A stretch of DNA of 64,000 bases, from the NCBI GenBank assembly GCA_964473175.1, contig CAYYNN010000002.1:4563-68562 (forward strand), given 5' to 3'. This document shows, in pieces, positions 1-9,189 of this stretch. Under the pieces are notes generated by a model that worked only from the letters and a program-made list of their open reading frames with translations, searched no databases and had not been told where the DNA came from. Source of the DNA: an uncultured Candidatus Saccharibacteria bacterium. Lineage in GTDB: Bacteria > Patescibacteriota > Minisyncoccia > Phycocordibacterales > UBA9973. The stretch's first letter is position 1. Every line of letters begins with the position of its first letter. Both the position numbers and the translations under genes were made by a program.

Positions 1-34
1 AACCTGCAGTTAGAAAAAGAGCCTAAAAAAGAAA

Positions 35-70
35 GAACGCCCCAAGCAGTACTTGGGGCGTTAGTTTTTT
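35..70. terminator. Bidirectional intrinsic terminator hairpin (gaacgccccaag/cttggggcgtt) flanked by A-run and T-run
   Basis: Inverted repeat with a T-tract on both strands, downstream of the minus gene 80..349. Confidence 0.55.
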
Positions 71-79
71 GGTGTTCAT

Positions 80-349
80 TCAAAACGAATGAATCTCTGC
101 TGGGTTTTCGTGGAACACCGTATCAGCGTCAACCACATGTCCATCAAAATGAGGATCAAACACTTTTTGTTTGCGTAATTTGCGGCGAACAAATCTCGCA
201 AACACAGTGATTTGATTTTGAAGTAAAGGTATCACACATGCCAGTCCGAAGCAGATCGTAGATAGTGCGAACTTGTCATCAACAAGGCAGATACCGCTTG
301 CGCCTATAAGCGCAAGACTTAGTCCGAATTTTTTCCAGGGGATAGTCAT
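80..349 (-). CDS. Hypothetical small membrane protein
   Basis: 89-aa ORF with hydrophobic segments. No recognisable motif. Confidence 0.4.
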   Translation of the reverse strand: MTIPWKKFGLSLALIGASGICLVDDKFALSTICFGLACVIPLLQNQITVFARFVRRKLRKQKVFDPHFDGHVVDADTVFHENPAEIHSF

Positions 350-408
350 ACTAAAGGAATTTACGTTTCCTCTATACTACCATATATTTCATAAAAGTAA
401 ATGTTTCG

Positions 409-1179
409 TTAGAGTTTGATATCGAGAAGTATGGGACAGTGGTCGCTGCCATAGTACTCAGCGAGCGTTTCAAATCCCTGAACCTTTTTCAGTAGAATAG
501 GGGACACAAAGAAATAATCAATGCGCCAGCCGACGTTGCGGTCCCGCGCCTTGGTCTTTTGGTCCCAATAGGTGTAGACATCCTTGAGGTCGGGATTGAG
601 TGCACGGTGTACATCAACCCATCCTTTTGCAATGAGCTTGTCCATCCATGCACGTTCGATAGGCAAGAAGCCTGTGTTCTCAGCATTCTCCTTGGGGCGG
701 GCGAGATCAATCTCGGTGTGAGCGGTATTTACATCTCCACAAAACACGACTGGCTTCTTTTTCTGTAGTTTCTCTATATAGATGAGAAATTGATCATAAA
801 AATCGAGTTTGTATTGTAGTCGCTCGGGACCACCTCCACCGTTGGGGAAGTAACAGGTGATGAGGTAGAAGTCTGCGTATTCGGCAGTGATCGTACGGCC
901 TTCATCATCAAGTGCAGGAAGTCCGATACCATACGCAACCGTTATAGGGGTTTCTCGAGTATAGATGGCAACCCCACTATACCCTTTCTTGAGTGTTGGC
1001 CATGCAAAGTATGACTCATACCCAAATACATCGCGTACCGAATCAGGGAGCTGCTCAGTCATTGCCTTTGTCTCCTGGAGACACACCATGTCGGGGTTGT
1101 ACTCAGCAAACAGTGGGTCAAAATGTCCCTGTTTATATGTTGCCCGCAAGCCGTTAGTGTTCCAAGAGATGATTTTCAT
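409..1179 (-). CDS. xth: Exodeoxyribonuclease III (AP endonuclease, Xth family)
   Basis: N-terminal MKIISWNTNGLRA, QETK, final SDHCP motifs typical of the EEP-fold ExoIII family. 256 aa. Confidence 0.9.
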   Translation of the reverse strand: MKIISWNTNGLRATYKQGHFDPLFAEYNPDMVCLQETKAMTEQLPDSVRDVFGYESYFAWPTLKKGYSGVAIYTRETPITVAYGIGLPALDDEGRTITAEYADFYLITCYFPNGGGGPERLQYKLDFYDQFLIYIEKLQKKKPVVFCGDVNTAHTEIDLARPKENAENTGFLPIERAWMDKLIAKGWVDVHRALNPDLKDVYTYWDQKTKARDRNVGWRIDYFFVSPILLKKVQGFETLAEYYGSDHCPILLDIKL

Positions 1180-1264
1180 ACTGATATGGTAACAATAAAC
1201 GCATAAAATAAACAGGTAAATAAAAAAGCCCCCCCATACGAGAAGGCCTTAAAAGATGAAGAAA

Positions 1265-1609
1265 TTATTGTGACACTTCGGTGACATGTGTTATCGGTTG
1301 TACCGAGATGACATTGCTGTCTCTACCGAGCAGTCCTTTGTATGCAGCGTTGGCAATACGAAGGACTGTATCCTTTTCTTTTTTTTCTTTTACTAAGAAC
1401 ATGTGTGGTTCTATGGTGAAGTTCGTGTCTTTGGGCACAGTGAACGTTGCCCATGAACTATCGATCCATCCTTGGATATATCGATCATTACTACCATTTT
1501 TTTTCTTCACAAAATCCTTGGATGCAATAGCTGCAATACAGCCGACTACAACAATACTTACTGTTATCAAAAAAGGCTTTGATACACTCATTTTTCCATT
1601 CTTATTCAT
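1265..1609 (-). CDS. Hypothetical membrane-anchored protein
   Basis: ORF 1265..1672. Start trimmed to the internal Met (MNKNGK...) because a terminator hairpin overlaps the 5' extension. One TM helix. Confidence 0.4.
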   Translation of the reverse strand: MNKNGKMSVSKPFLITVSIVVVGCIAAIASKDFVKKKNGSNDRYIQGWIDSSWATFTVPKDTNFTIEPHMFLVKEKKEKDTVLRIANAAYKGLLGRDSNVISVQPITHVTEVSQ

Positions 1610-1654
1610 AACTAACATTTTTGTTTTGCTATACCTTACCATATTTTTCGAGAA

Positions 1655-1688
1655 AATAAAAAAACCTCCCAAGTAGTTGGGAGGTTAA
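1655..1688 (-). terminator. Intrinsic terminator (aacctcccaa/ttgggaggtt followed by T-run on the minus strand)
   Basis: Perfect 10-bp stem with poly-U immediately downstream of gene 1710..2003 (minus). Confidence 0.6.
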
Positions 1689-1709
1689 CGATCTTCACAA
1701 AATCATACA

Positions 1710-2003
1710 TTACTGTTTTACCTCTTCTTTTAATACCTCAGGTTTCTTTTCAGGAACTGACATATTATATGACCCATCAGAGTTTAGGGTTACGGTACCC
1801 CCAGTTGTTTGCAACTGCGCTAGTACCTGCTTGATAGGTATATTCTTGCGAATTGGAGTATGACCTATGTTTTTGGAAACTCTGGGTAAACAGAGACATG
1901 AATCACTGCTAAAGGCAAACGAAGTAATAGACGTAGCGATTATAATCGCAAAAAGAATGATTTTTCTCATTGATATTTGTTTTATTTGATTGTTATGGGT
2001 CAT
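1710..2003 (-). CDS. Hypothetical small secreted protein (signal peptide)
   Basis: 97 aa. N-terminal hydrophobic signal-like segment MRKIILFAIIIATSITSFA. Confidence 0.45.
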   Translation of the reverse strand: MTHNNQIKQISMRKIILFAIIIATSITSFAFSSDSCLCLPRVSKNIGHTPIRKNIPIKQVLAQLQTTGGTVTLNSDGSYNMSVPEKKPEVLKEEVKQ

Positions 2004-2089
2004 TCCAAGAGTAGGAATACCGTACTATTTATTGATTGTATTATATCATTTTATAGAGTTTTGTCAAGAACATTGATATATATCTCTCT

Positions 2090-2404
2090 TTGCCAAGAAT
2101 CAATATCGGAGTAGAATTAGATAGTATGAAAAATCAATTTGAAGACTTAGTTGGTCCACGTTCTGAAGATCGAGAAGAAAAAATACTAGATGAAGTTGCT
2201 GCAGATGGGCAGCCTTTATGGATGGCGTTCCTCGCTGACCCTGAAGCACTTTCGATATCAAAAGAAGAAGTCGAGGATGCCAAAAATGCCTTGATTGAGG
2301 CCCAAGGAGACAACGCTATTGTTGTTGCTCTGTGTAAAAATAAAACAATCCCAGAATGCAAAACAATGCTCCAATCTTCTGAGAACTCCTCACTTGCTGC
2401 ATAA
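2090..2404 (+). CDS. Hypothetical acidic protein
   Basis: 104-aa ORF, D/E-rich, no motif recognised. Confidence 0.4.
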   Translation: MPRINIGVELDSMKNQFEDLVGPRSEDREEKILDEVAADGQPLWMAFLADPEALSISKEEVEDAKNALIEAQGDNAIVVALCKNKTIPECKTMLQSSENSSLAA

Positions 2405-2451
2405 ATACCTACTCTTTGTATTAAAAAACTTCCACATCAAGTGGAAGTTTT

Positions 2452-3366
2452 TTAACTTTTAGAATGGAACTTCTTGTGTACATCTCTCAACTGTTTATCC
2501 GTGATATGTGTATATATCTGAGTCGTTGCGATGTTGGCGTGACCGAGCATCATCTGGACTGAGCGAATGTCTGCGCCGTTAGATAACAGATTGGTAGCGA
2601 ATGAGTGGCGTAGTACATGGGGAGTGACTTTCTTGGATATGCCGGCCTTGATAGCGTATCCGCGAATAATACGTTCAATAGAGCGAGGGGAGAGTCGGCG
2701 GTCTTTGCGCCCCCCACCATTCTTTGCGATATCAACAAACATAGCTTCATCCATGTCTTTGCGTGCTTTGAGGTATGTCTTGATGGCAGTGCGCGCATCA
2801 TCGGAGATAAATACTACGCGGACCTTCTCACCCTTACCTCGTATTGAAAATTCGTCTTTCGTGAGGTCGAGGTCGGAGTTGAGCGAACAAAGTTCAGCGA
2901 GACGAAGTCCTGTAGAGAAAAACAGTTCGAGTAATGCCTTATCCCGAAGTCCTTTGATATCTGAGAGGTCTGGAGCTTTGAGCAGTCTGTTGAGTTCGTC
3001 GACAGTCATAAGGTCGAGATGGCGCGCACCAGTCTTTGCCAACTCAATCACATCAGGTGCAACACATTGAATGTTTCGCTTGCGACAGTATTTCAAAAAT
3101 GACCGAAGTGCGATCATATAGTAGTTCTGCGTGTTCTTTTTCATTGTTGCAGCAGATTGTCCACGAACTCTCACGCCAGACGCACGGTTGAGGATCAGTC
3201 GAAACTGACGAAGTGTTTCTTCATCAATGTCTTTTACCTGTTTTATATTCATATCAATCGCAAAACGAGTGAGGTAGTGATCATAGTTCTCAACTGTTTT
3301 AAGCGATCGCCCTTTTTCAATCTCAATGTATTCGAGGAATTGTCGTTTTGCAGTAGGGAAGTCCAT
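2452..3366 (-). CDS. xerC: Site-specific tyrosine recombinase, XerC/XerD family
   Basis: C-terminal catalytic signature ...RHSFATNLLSNGADIRSVQMMLGHANIATTQIYTH... (R-H-R-Y tyrosine recombinase). N-terminal SAM-like domain. Start taken at MDFPTAKRQF (305 aa), not the 388-aa ORF extension. Confidence 0.85.
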   Translation of the reverse strand: MDFPTAKRQFLEYIEIEKGRSLKTVENYDHYLTRFAIDMNIKQVKDIDEETLRQFRLILNRASGVRVRGQSAATMKKNTQNYYMIALRSFLKYCRKRNIQCVAPDVIELAKTGARHLDLMTVDELNRLLKAPDLSDIKGLRDKALLELFFSTGLRLAELCSLNSDLDLTKDEFSIRGKGEKVRVVFISDDARTAIKTYLKARKDMDEAMFVDIAKNGGGRKDRRLSPRSIERIIRGYAIKAGISKKVTPHVLRHSFATNLLSNGADIRSVQMMLGHANIATTQIYTHITDKQLRDVHKKFHSKS

Positions 3367-3448
3367 AAAACTAGTATAGCGTAGTATTATTGTGCGACAT
3401 ATACGCACTACTTGCTTTTTATAATATGGTATGGTACTATGTCTATCT

Positions 3449-3709
3449 ATGTTATCAACGAAGAAAAAGCAGTCAGTCATCAAGAAGCACCAGCTCCACA
3501 CCAAGGATACTGGATCTAAGAAGGTGCAAGTAGCAATGTTGACCGAAAAAATCGACCAACTCGCAACACACCTCAAGATGCACAAGAAAGACAACCACTC
3601 ACGACGTGGCCTCATCAAAATGGTAGCTGACCGACGAGGTCATATCAAGGTACTCGAGAAGACAAACCCTGAGCAACGCAACGACATTTTAAAAATAATC
3701 AAAAATTAA
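3449..3709 (+). CDS. rpsO: 30S ribosomal protein S15
   Basis: [44 protein letters not shown] matches the S15 signature (HKKDHHSRRGL). Start chosen at the Met giving about 86 aa. Confidence 0.85.
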   Translation: MLSTKKKQSVIKKHQLHTKDTGSKKVQVAMLTEKIDQLATHLKMHKKDNHSRRGLIKMVADRRGHIKVLEKTNPEQRNDILKIIKN

Positions 3710-3759
3710 CTTTCATCATGTCCCGCTTCGGCGGGACATTTTGATGTATACTTACATTC

Positions 3760-4269
3760 ATGGCAATCATTAAACAAAAAGATCAACGAGTCGGCATTTT
3801 TATCGACGCACAAAACCTGTACCATACAGCAAAAAATTTATATAAACGAAAAGTAAACTTCTCTAACGTCGTCAAAGACGCTCTTGCTGGACGCAAACTT
3901 ATCAGAGCAATCGCGTACGTGATCACAACAGAGAGCAACGATGAGGGTGCGTTTTTTGACGCTTTAACGAAAAACGGTATTGAAACCAAATCAAAAGACC
4001 TCCAAATATTTTATGACGGTAGCAAGAAAGCTGACTGGGATATTGGACTCGCCATTGACGCAGTGTCTATGGCTCCAAAACTAGACGCAATCGTCATTGT
4101 TTCTGGGGACGGAGACTTTGTACCACTCTGTAACTATTTGAAATACCATCACGGTGTACAAGTAGAAGTTGTCACCTTTGGCAAAAGTGCGTCTGCAAGC
4201 CTCAAAGAGGTTGCCGATGATTTCCTCGATCTTTCAGCTAATGCAAAGAAGTACCTTATCGGCTATTAA
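3760..4269 (+). CDS. NYN-domain (LabA-like, PIN-fold) protein
   Basis: VGIFIDAQNLYH...IVIVSGDGDFVPL motifs typical of NYN/LabA nucleases. Confidence 0.65.
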   Translation: MAIIKQKDQRVGIFIDAQNLYHTAKNLYKRKVNFSNVVKDALAGRKLIRAIAYVITTESNDEGAFFDALTKNGIETKSKDLQIFYDGSKKADWDIGLAIDAVSMAPKLDAIVIVSGDGDFVPLCNYLKYHHGVQVEVVTFGKSASASLKEVADDFLDLSANAKKYLIGY

Positions 4270-4281
4270 TACAACGCCACC

Positions 4282-5169
4282 ATGCCTGAATCAGTAGATC
4301 CAACAATCCCTACTCCACCAAAACCAGTTCCACAACAACCGACTGGTCCTATTGTGCATACATATGAGTCAGACCTGGCACTTGCAATGGATACTACTGA
4401 TGCATCGGTAGTACAGGAACTTTTACAAACGGCACGGGAACGAGAAAATGCAGATAAGGAAAAAGAAGTAGTGCGTCGTCAAAAAGGATGGTACACCACT
4501 GGGGGAATCATTCTTTTTGTCCTGGCTCTCAGTGCCTCAATATATGGATACTATTATTATAAAAACCTCACCGTGGATGTTGCGGCAGTTCCATCAGTTG
4601 GAGTATTCCAAAGTACTGCAGCGCTGGTGACGAGTGACTCTGATCTCGCCAATAGTATTACCAAACTCACTACTGAAGATACTATTATAGAAGGCAAACC
4701 ATTACTTGTACCATTATATGCTGACGCAACAACACTTATTCCATTATCTCCCGAACAGACACTCGCGTACCTCAATATCAATCTTGGTGAACCATTTCTT
4801 GCCACGGTTTCACTTGTTCGTCTCGGTGTCTACAACAACGGAAATACTGTTTCGCCATTTTTAATATTCTCAGTACCCAATCCGGAAACAGCGACCAAGG
4901 AGTTCTTGCTCGCCGAGCCAAAACTGCTCGAACTCACCGCTCCGATTTTCAATATCAATCTTACGAACACTGCCAACCAAGTGGGTACAACTTTTGAAAG
5001 TACCTATATGTACAACCTTCCTGTACGAACGTTGACGGCTACAAATCTCGACACAAATATTAAAACGATACTTATGTACTACGGCTACGCAACAGATACC
5101 ACGATAGTTATTGCAACAAATCCAACCATTTTGAAGTCGGTATACGACACTATTATTAGGCAACGATAA
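4282..5169 (+). CDS. Hypothetical bitopic membrane protein with Pro-rich N-terminus
   Basis: PTIPTPPKPVPQQPTGP followed by a single TM helix and an extracytoplasmic domain. 295 aa. Confidence 0.5.
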   Translation: MPESVDPTIPTPPKPVPQQPTGPIVHTYESDLALAMDTTDASVVQELLQTARERENADKEKEVVRRQKGWYTTGGIILFVLALSASIYGYYYYKNLTVDVAAVPSVGVFQSTAALVTSDSDLANSITKLTTEDTIIEGKPLLVPLYADATTLIPLSPEQTLAYLNINLGEPFLATVSLVRLGVYNNGNTVSPFLIFSVPNPETATKEFLLAEPKLLELTAPIFNINLTNTANQVGTTFESTYMYNLPVRTLTATNLDTNIKTILMYYGYATDTTIVIATNPTILKSVYDTIIRQR

Positions 5170-5213
5170 GAGCATCTAGGTGTGCAAAACTTCACTTGTG
5201 CATTCCTATCAGC

Positions 5214-5588
5214 ATGCTACTATGGCGTGTAATGATACACACAAAACATTTTAACGAGAAGCTTGTGGCAGAAAAATCGAACCTTGAAGAAGAGCTCGGG
5301 GGTATTGCCATATTTAACACTGAAACCAATATCTGGGAAGCAACACCCGATCAAGATATGATGGGTGAGATAGATGACAACGATGCGGCAGATCGTTTTG
5401 AAGACTTCGAGGGACGCTCAGGAATGGTATCAACCCTTCAAGCGAGACTGACTGATGTGAACAATGCGATGGAAAAAATAGCGCAAGGGAAGTATGGTAC
5501 CTGCGAAACATGCGGAGAAAAGATCGAAGAAAACCGGCTCGAAGCGAACCCCAGTGCAAAGACGTGTAAGGCGCACATGAATGACTAA
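5214..5588 (+). CDS. DksA/TraR-family C4 zinc-finger protein
   Basis: C-terminal GKYGTCETCGEKIEENRLEANPSAKTCKAH (CxxC-x17-C). ORF begins at TTG, so start placed at the first ATG. Confidence 0.65.
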   Translation: MLLWRVMIHTKHFNEKLVAEKSNLEEELGGIAIFNTETNIWEATPDQDMMGEIDDNDAADRFEDFEGRSGMVSTLQARLTDVNNAMEKIAQGKYGTCETCGEKIEENRLEANPSAKTCKAHMND

Positions 5589-5590
5589 CT

Positions 5591-5640
5591 AAATAGAAAT
5601 AAAAAAACAACTTTAACCAGTTGTTTTTTTATTTCTATTT
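5591..5640. terminator. Perfect 21-bp-arm palindrome (aaatagaaataaaaaaacaac / gttgtttttttatttctattt) acting as bidirectional terminator
   Basis: Exact inverted repeat with 8-nt loop directly after the DksA-like gene. Confidence 0.5.
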
Positions 5641-5764
5641 TTAATTCAATTCGAGCATAACCTACATTAACGGGCGAGTATGACTGCATGTTTTGGGATG
5701 TGCTGTACCAACACACCTAATTGACTTTTGAACACATGAGAGTACAGTTGAACAAAACTATTAC

Positions 5765-6223
5765 ATGCAAACAACAATCGAATACGAAGCACAGCTTCAT
5801 TATGACTTTTTCTTAATACTCATTAAGAAATATGGAATGGAAGAAGTACTTAACAGTAAAAAAAAGATTAATGAATCTTATTATTGGTACCCATTCAATC
5901 AATACAATAGGCCGTACCGCGGTACAGAGATTTTCCTGAATGCAAATCAAAGCGAACATTTCGTCCTTGGACAAACAGTAAACGAAGATCCATTTTGTTA
6001 CACCGTATTTTATGATAGACCTTCACCCTCTGATGACTGGTCTGTTAACAGACATTTTGAAATTAAAGTATTACCTGATCAAATTTTGTACACACAGTTT
6101 ACTGGTCAACCACCAGTACCTCTTGATCGAGAAAGCAGAATCAAGATAAAACTGGGGCACGAGAAACTTCAAGAAGTATTTAGTGAGATTCGGGACTTCG
6201 TTCTTACCCTTCCAAAAAAATGA
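5765..6223 (+). CDS. Hypothetical protein (orphan)
   Basis: 152-aa ORF in a very AT-rich stretch. No motif. Confidence 0.4.
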   Translation: MQTTIEYEAQLHYDFFLILIKKYGMEEVLNSKKKINESYYWYPFNQYNRPYRGTEIFLNANQSEHFVLGQTVNEDPFCYTVFYDRPSPSDDWSVNRHFEIKVLPDQILYTQFTGQPPVPLDRESRIKIKLGHEKLQEVFSEIRDFVLTLPKK

Positions 6224-6307
6224 CCCTCTTTATTGACCACCATAATCGGTGGTCATTTGTTTCACAGACTTTAGAAAATCTTTATCTTTTTTTGCCATAC
6301 TTGTTTC

Positions 6308-7813
6308 ATGGCATTTTCCAGAATTAATAGCGCGCAACTTACCGGTCTCGGAGCGGTTGGTGTTGTAGTGGAAACTGATATCAATAGAGGACTCTATATG
6401 TTTCAAATAGTAGGCCTGCCCGACAAGAGTGTTGAGGAAAGTCGCGAGCGAGTGATCTCTGCACTTCGAAATGCATTAGATAAAAATCCTAAATCAGAAA
6501 ACCACAAAATCATTGTTTCACTCTCACCGGCAGAGCTTCGCAAAGAGGGTGCATACTTTGATGTTGCCATCGCACTTGGATATCTTTGTGCAACAGGAGA
6601 TCTTGTGTTTGATGCAGAACACAAACTATTCATTGGAGAACTTTCACTCAACGGAGAAATACGCCCTGTTCGTGGCATCATTTCAATAGCACAGTGGGCG
6701 AAAACTCATGGGTATACCGAGGTATATATTCCAAAAGATAATGAGGTAGAGGCGCAGCTTGTAGATGGCATAACTTTTTTTATTGTTCCAACCCTTGAGG
6801 CTCTGGTTTCACACCTTACCGGAGAAGAACTGTTACACGAAGTTGTGTACGCACAACCAGCACTCCTAGAGCATACTACTGATATTGATTTTGGTGATGT
6901 ACGCGGCCAACTCCAAGCCAAGCGTGCATTGATGATCGCAGCTGCAGGAGGACATAACATTGTTCTCTATGGACCACCAGGGACCGGTAAAAGTATGCTC
7001 GCAAAAGCATTTCATGGCATCATCCCCGCACTTTCTACACAAGAGTTTTTGGAAGTCGCAACAGTGTATTCAAGTATTGGACTGATCGATACGGTGTTGC
7101 ACGGTGCCGTACCTTTGCGCGCACCGCATCATAGCGCATCACATGTTGCGATTATTGGTGGAGGGCAACATTTGCGACCAGGGGATATTACACTGGCACA
7201 TCGCGGAATTTTATATATGGATGAATTTCCTGAATTTGATCGACGGGTGATTGAAGCACTTCGTGAACCGATCGAAGAAGGTTCGATCACGGTTGCTCGC
7301 GCAAAAGGAAGTATCAAGTATCCTGCGCAATTTATTTTACTTGCAGCAATGAATCCATGTCCGTGCGGATATCGGGGAAGTGGTGTAAAACATTGCACCT
7401 GCAGTGGGTCAGAAATTGCTCGATATAACAAAAAACTTTCAGGGCCTATTATTGATCGTATTGATTTGTGGGTACCCGTACAACATGTCGAATACGCAAC
7501 ACTCCACGAAGATGCCAAAGAAAAAGAAAGCACGAGTGTGCGAACAAAGGTAGCTACCGTTAGAAACATTCAACACCTTCGATATGGCAAACTAAACTCA
7601 GCACTTACTTCAAACGAAGTACAGAGCAGTACCAATCTCTGTGATGATGCACGCAAACAATTACAGATCTACGCAGAAAAGTTAAAACTTTCTCCACGCG
7701 TATATATGCGCACTATTAAAGTTGCTCGAACAATTGCAGACCTGGATGCTTCCGCAGATATTTTGTTATCCCATATTTTGGAAGCACTGCAATACCGTCC
7801 CAAATTTGAATAA
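6308..7813 (+). CDS. comM: YifB/ComM-family Mg-chelatase-like AAA+ ATPase
   Basis: N-terminal MAFSRINSAQLTGLGAVGVVVETDI...FQIVGLPD (Lon-like subdomain), Walker A GPPGTGKS, ChlI-like core. 501 aa. Confidence 0.9.
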   Translation: MAFSRINSAQLTGLGAVGVVVETDINRGLYMFQIVGLPDKSVEESRERVISALRNALDKNPKSENHKIIVSLSPAELRKEGAYFDVAIALGYLCATGDLVFDAEHKLFIGELSLNGEIRPVRGIISIAQWAKTHGYTEVYIPKDNEVEAQLVDGITFFIVPTLEALVSHLTGEELLHEVVYAQPALLEHTTDIDFGDVRGQLQAKRALMIAAAGGHNIVLYGPPGTGKSMLAKAFHGIIPALSTQEFLEVATVYSSIGLIDTVLHGAVPLRAPHHSASHVAIIGGGQHLRPGDITLAHRGILYMDEFPEFDRRVIEALREPIEEGSITVARAKGSIKYPAQFILLAAMNPCPCGYRGSGVKHCTCSGSEIARYNKKLSGPIIDRIDLWVPVQHVEYATLHEDAKEKESTSVRTKVATVRNIQHLRYGKLNSALTSNEVQSSTNLCDDARKQLQIYAEKLKLSPRVYMRTIKVARTIADLDASADILLSHILEALQYRPKFE

Positions 7814-7850
7814 ACAAAAACCACATCTTTATCTGATGTGGTTTTTGTTT
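7814..7850. terminator. Bidirectional intrinsic terminator (aaaaaccacatc...gatgtggttttt)
   Basis: 12-bp stem flanked by A and T tracts between convergent comM and the M23 peptidase. Confidence 0.6.
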
Positions 7851-8977
7851 TAAAATTTTGTTCCTTTTTTAAAAGTAGCAAATGGATTTTTGGGACCATT
7901 TAAAATTTTGAAGTGGAGGTGGGGACCTGTAGAAAGTCCGGAGTTACCCGAGAGTCCAATAACTTGGCCCTGTGTTACGGTGTCACCAACTGACACATTG
8001 ATATCTGAAAGGTGTCCGTACAATGTCTGCGATCCTGCAGGATGTGTGATAACAATATATTGTCCATACCCTCCATTATACCCAGAACTTTTTGCAATGA
8101 TAACGTTTCCTGCTGCTGCTGCATACACCGTTGTTCCAATTTTTGCTCCGAAATCTACGGCATTTCCATCATGAATACCTTGTGTTAGTATCGCTCCTGG
8201 AATCGGGTTTATATATACTGATGTATGTGATGCACTCGTGTCAGTTGATGCTTCTTCTTTTTCGATGACATCATTTCGAGTGTTGGCAACAGGGGGCACT
8301 ATTTTCTCTTTGGGTGATGTAGTAGTTGTTGTTTTAGTTTTTGCAGCAACTTTTACTACTGGTGCTTTTACAACAATAGGTTCAGCTCCTGGGATAATGA
8401 GCTCAAGACCTACCTTGATTGCATCTGCTTCGATATCATTAAATTTGAGAATGTCTTCTTGATTTGCATCAAACTTTACGGCAATACCTGAAAGCGTATC
8501 ACCCTTTTTGACGACGTACTTTACGCCAGTTACCGGAAGTATTACCAGCTCATCCCCAATAGAAATCTTGGATGTTTTTTGAGTAAGGTCATTTGCCCAT
8601 CGAACGGTGTTAATAGAAATATTAAACTTTGCGGCAATACCTGAAAGCGTATCTCCATCTTTAACGATATATGTAGTAATAATAGGATCAAACGATTCTT
8701 CGGCGACAATAGTATTTTCTTCTACTTGGTCACTTGTTACCTCACCGGCGGATGGAAGGGAGGTAGTTTCATCTTTGACTTGATTGGGCGATATAGCGCT
8801 AGCCTTAATGTTAAGTTGTCCGACAACACTATGGACCAGTCCTACATTAATAAGTAATAGTGGAAGAATAATATATATTATTTGCTTCTTTCCGATGTTT
8901 TTAGAAATACTATTAAAAAACTTCTTGGAACGTTTGGGAACGTCTGACGACGAACCGTTTGAATCTGTATGTATCAT
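7850..8977 (-). CDS. LysM-domain M23 family peptidoglycan endopeptidase
   Basis: Two LysM repeats (YVVKKGDTLSGIAVKF / YIVKDGDTLSGIAAKF) plus M23 catalytic motifs (HPAGSQTLYGHL, GNSGLSTGPHLHF). N-terminal TM. Confidence 0.85.
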   Translation of the reverse strand: MIHTDSNGSSSDVPKRSKKFFNSISKNIGKKQIIYIILPLLLINVGLVHSVVGQLNIKASAISPNQVKDETTSLPSAGEVTSDQVEENTIVAEESFDPIITTYIVKDGDTLSGIAAKFNISINTVRWANDLTQKTSKISIGDELVILPVTGVKYVVKKGDTLSGIAVKFDANQEDILKFNDIEADAIKVGLELIIPGAEPIVVKAPVVKVAAKTKTTTTTSPKEKIVPPVANTRNDVIEKEEASTDTSASHTSVYINPIPGAILTQGIHDGNAVDFGAKIGTTVYAAAAGNVIIAKSSGYNGGYGQYIVITHPAGSQTLYGHLSDINVSVGDTVTQGQVIGLSGNSGLSTGPHLHFKILNGPKNPFATFKKGTKF

Positions 8978-9189
8978 AGGTAGGAAATCATTTTACCAAG
9001 GAAATACAGTATCATGTTGATACGACAATATTTGATCTTTATAGTCAATAGTTTTTAGCCGGAAAACCCTTGTTTTAAGGTGTTTTGACAAATATCACAA
9101 GTGCCTGTACTGTGCCATGTTCCTTCAATATCCTTATGTAGCAACACTCATTTTCCCTTTATGAATAAATCGAGTACACTCTACTGACT

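Noticed and set aside
2452-3618. 388-aa version of the tyrosine recombinase
   Set aside because: The extra 83 N-terminal residues are Cys/Trp-rich with no homology. The canonical XerC/D N-terminus starts at MDFPTAKRQF, and the extension would overlap rpsO on the other strand.
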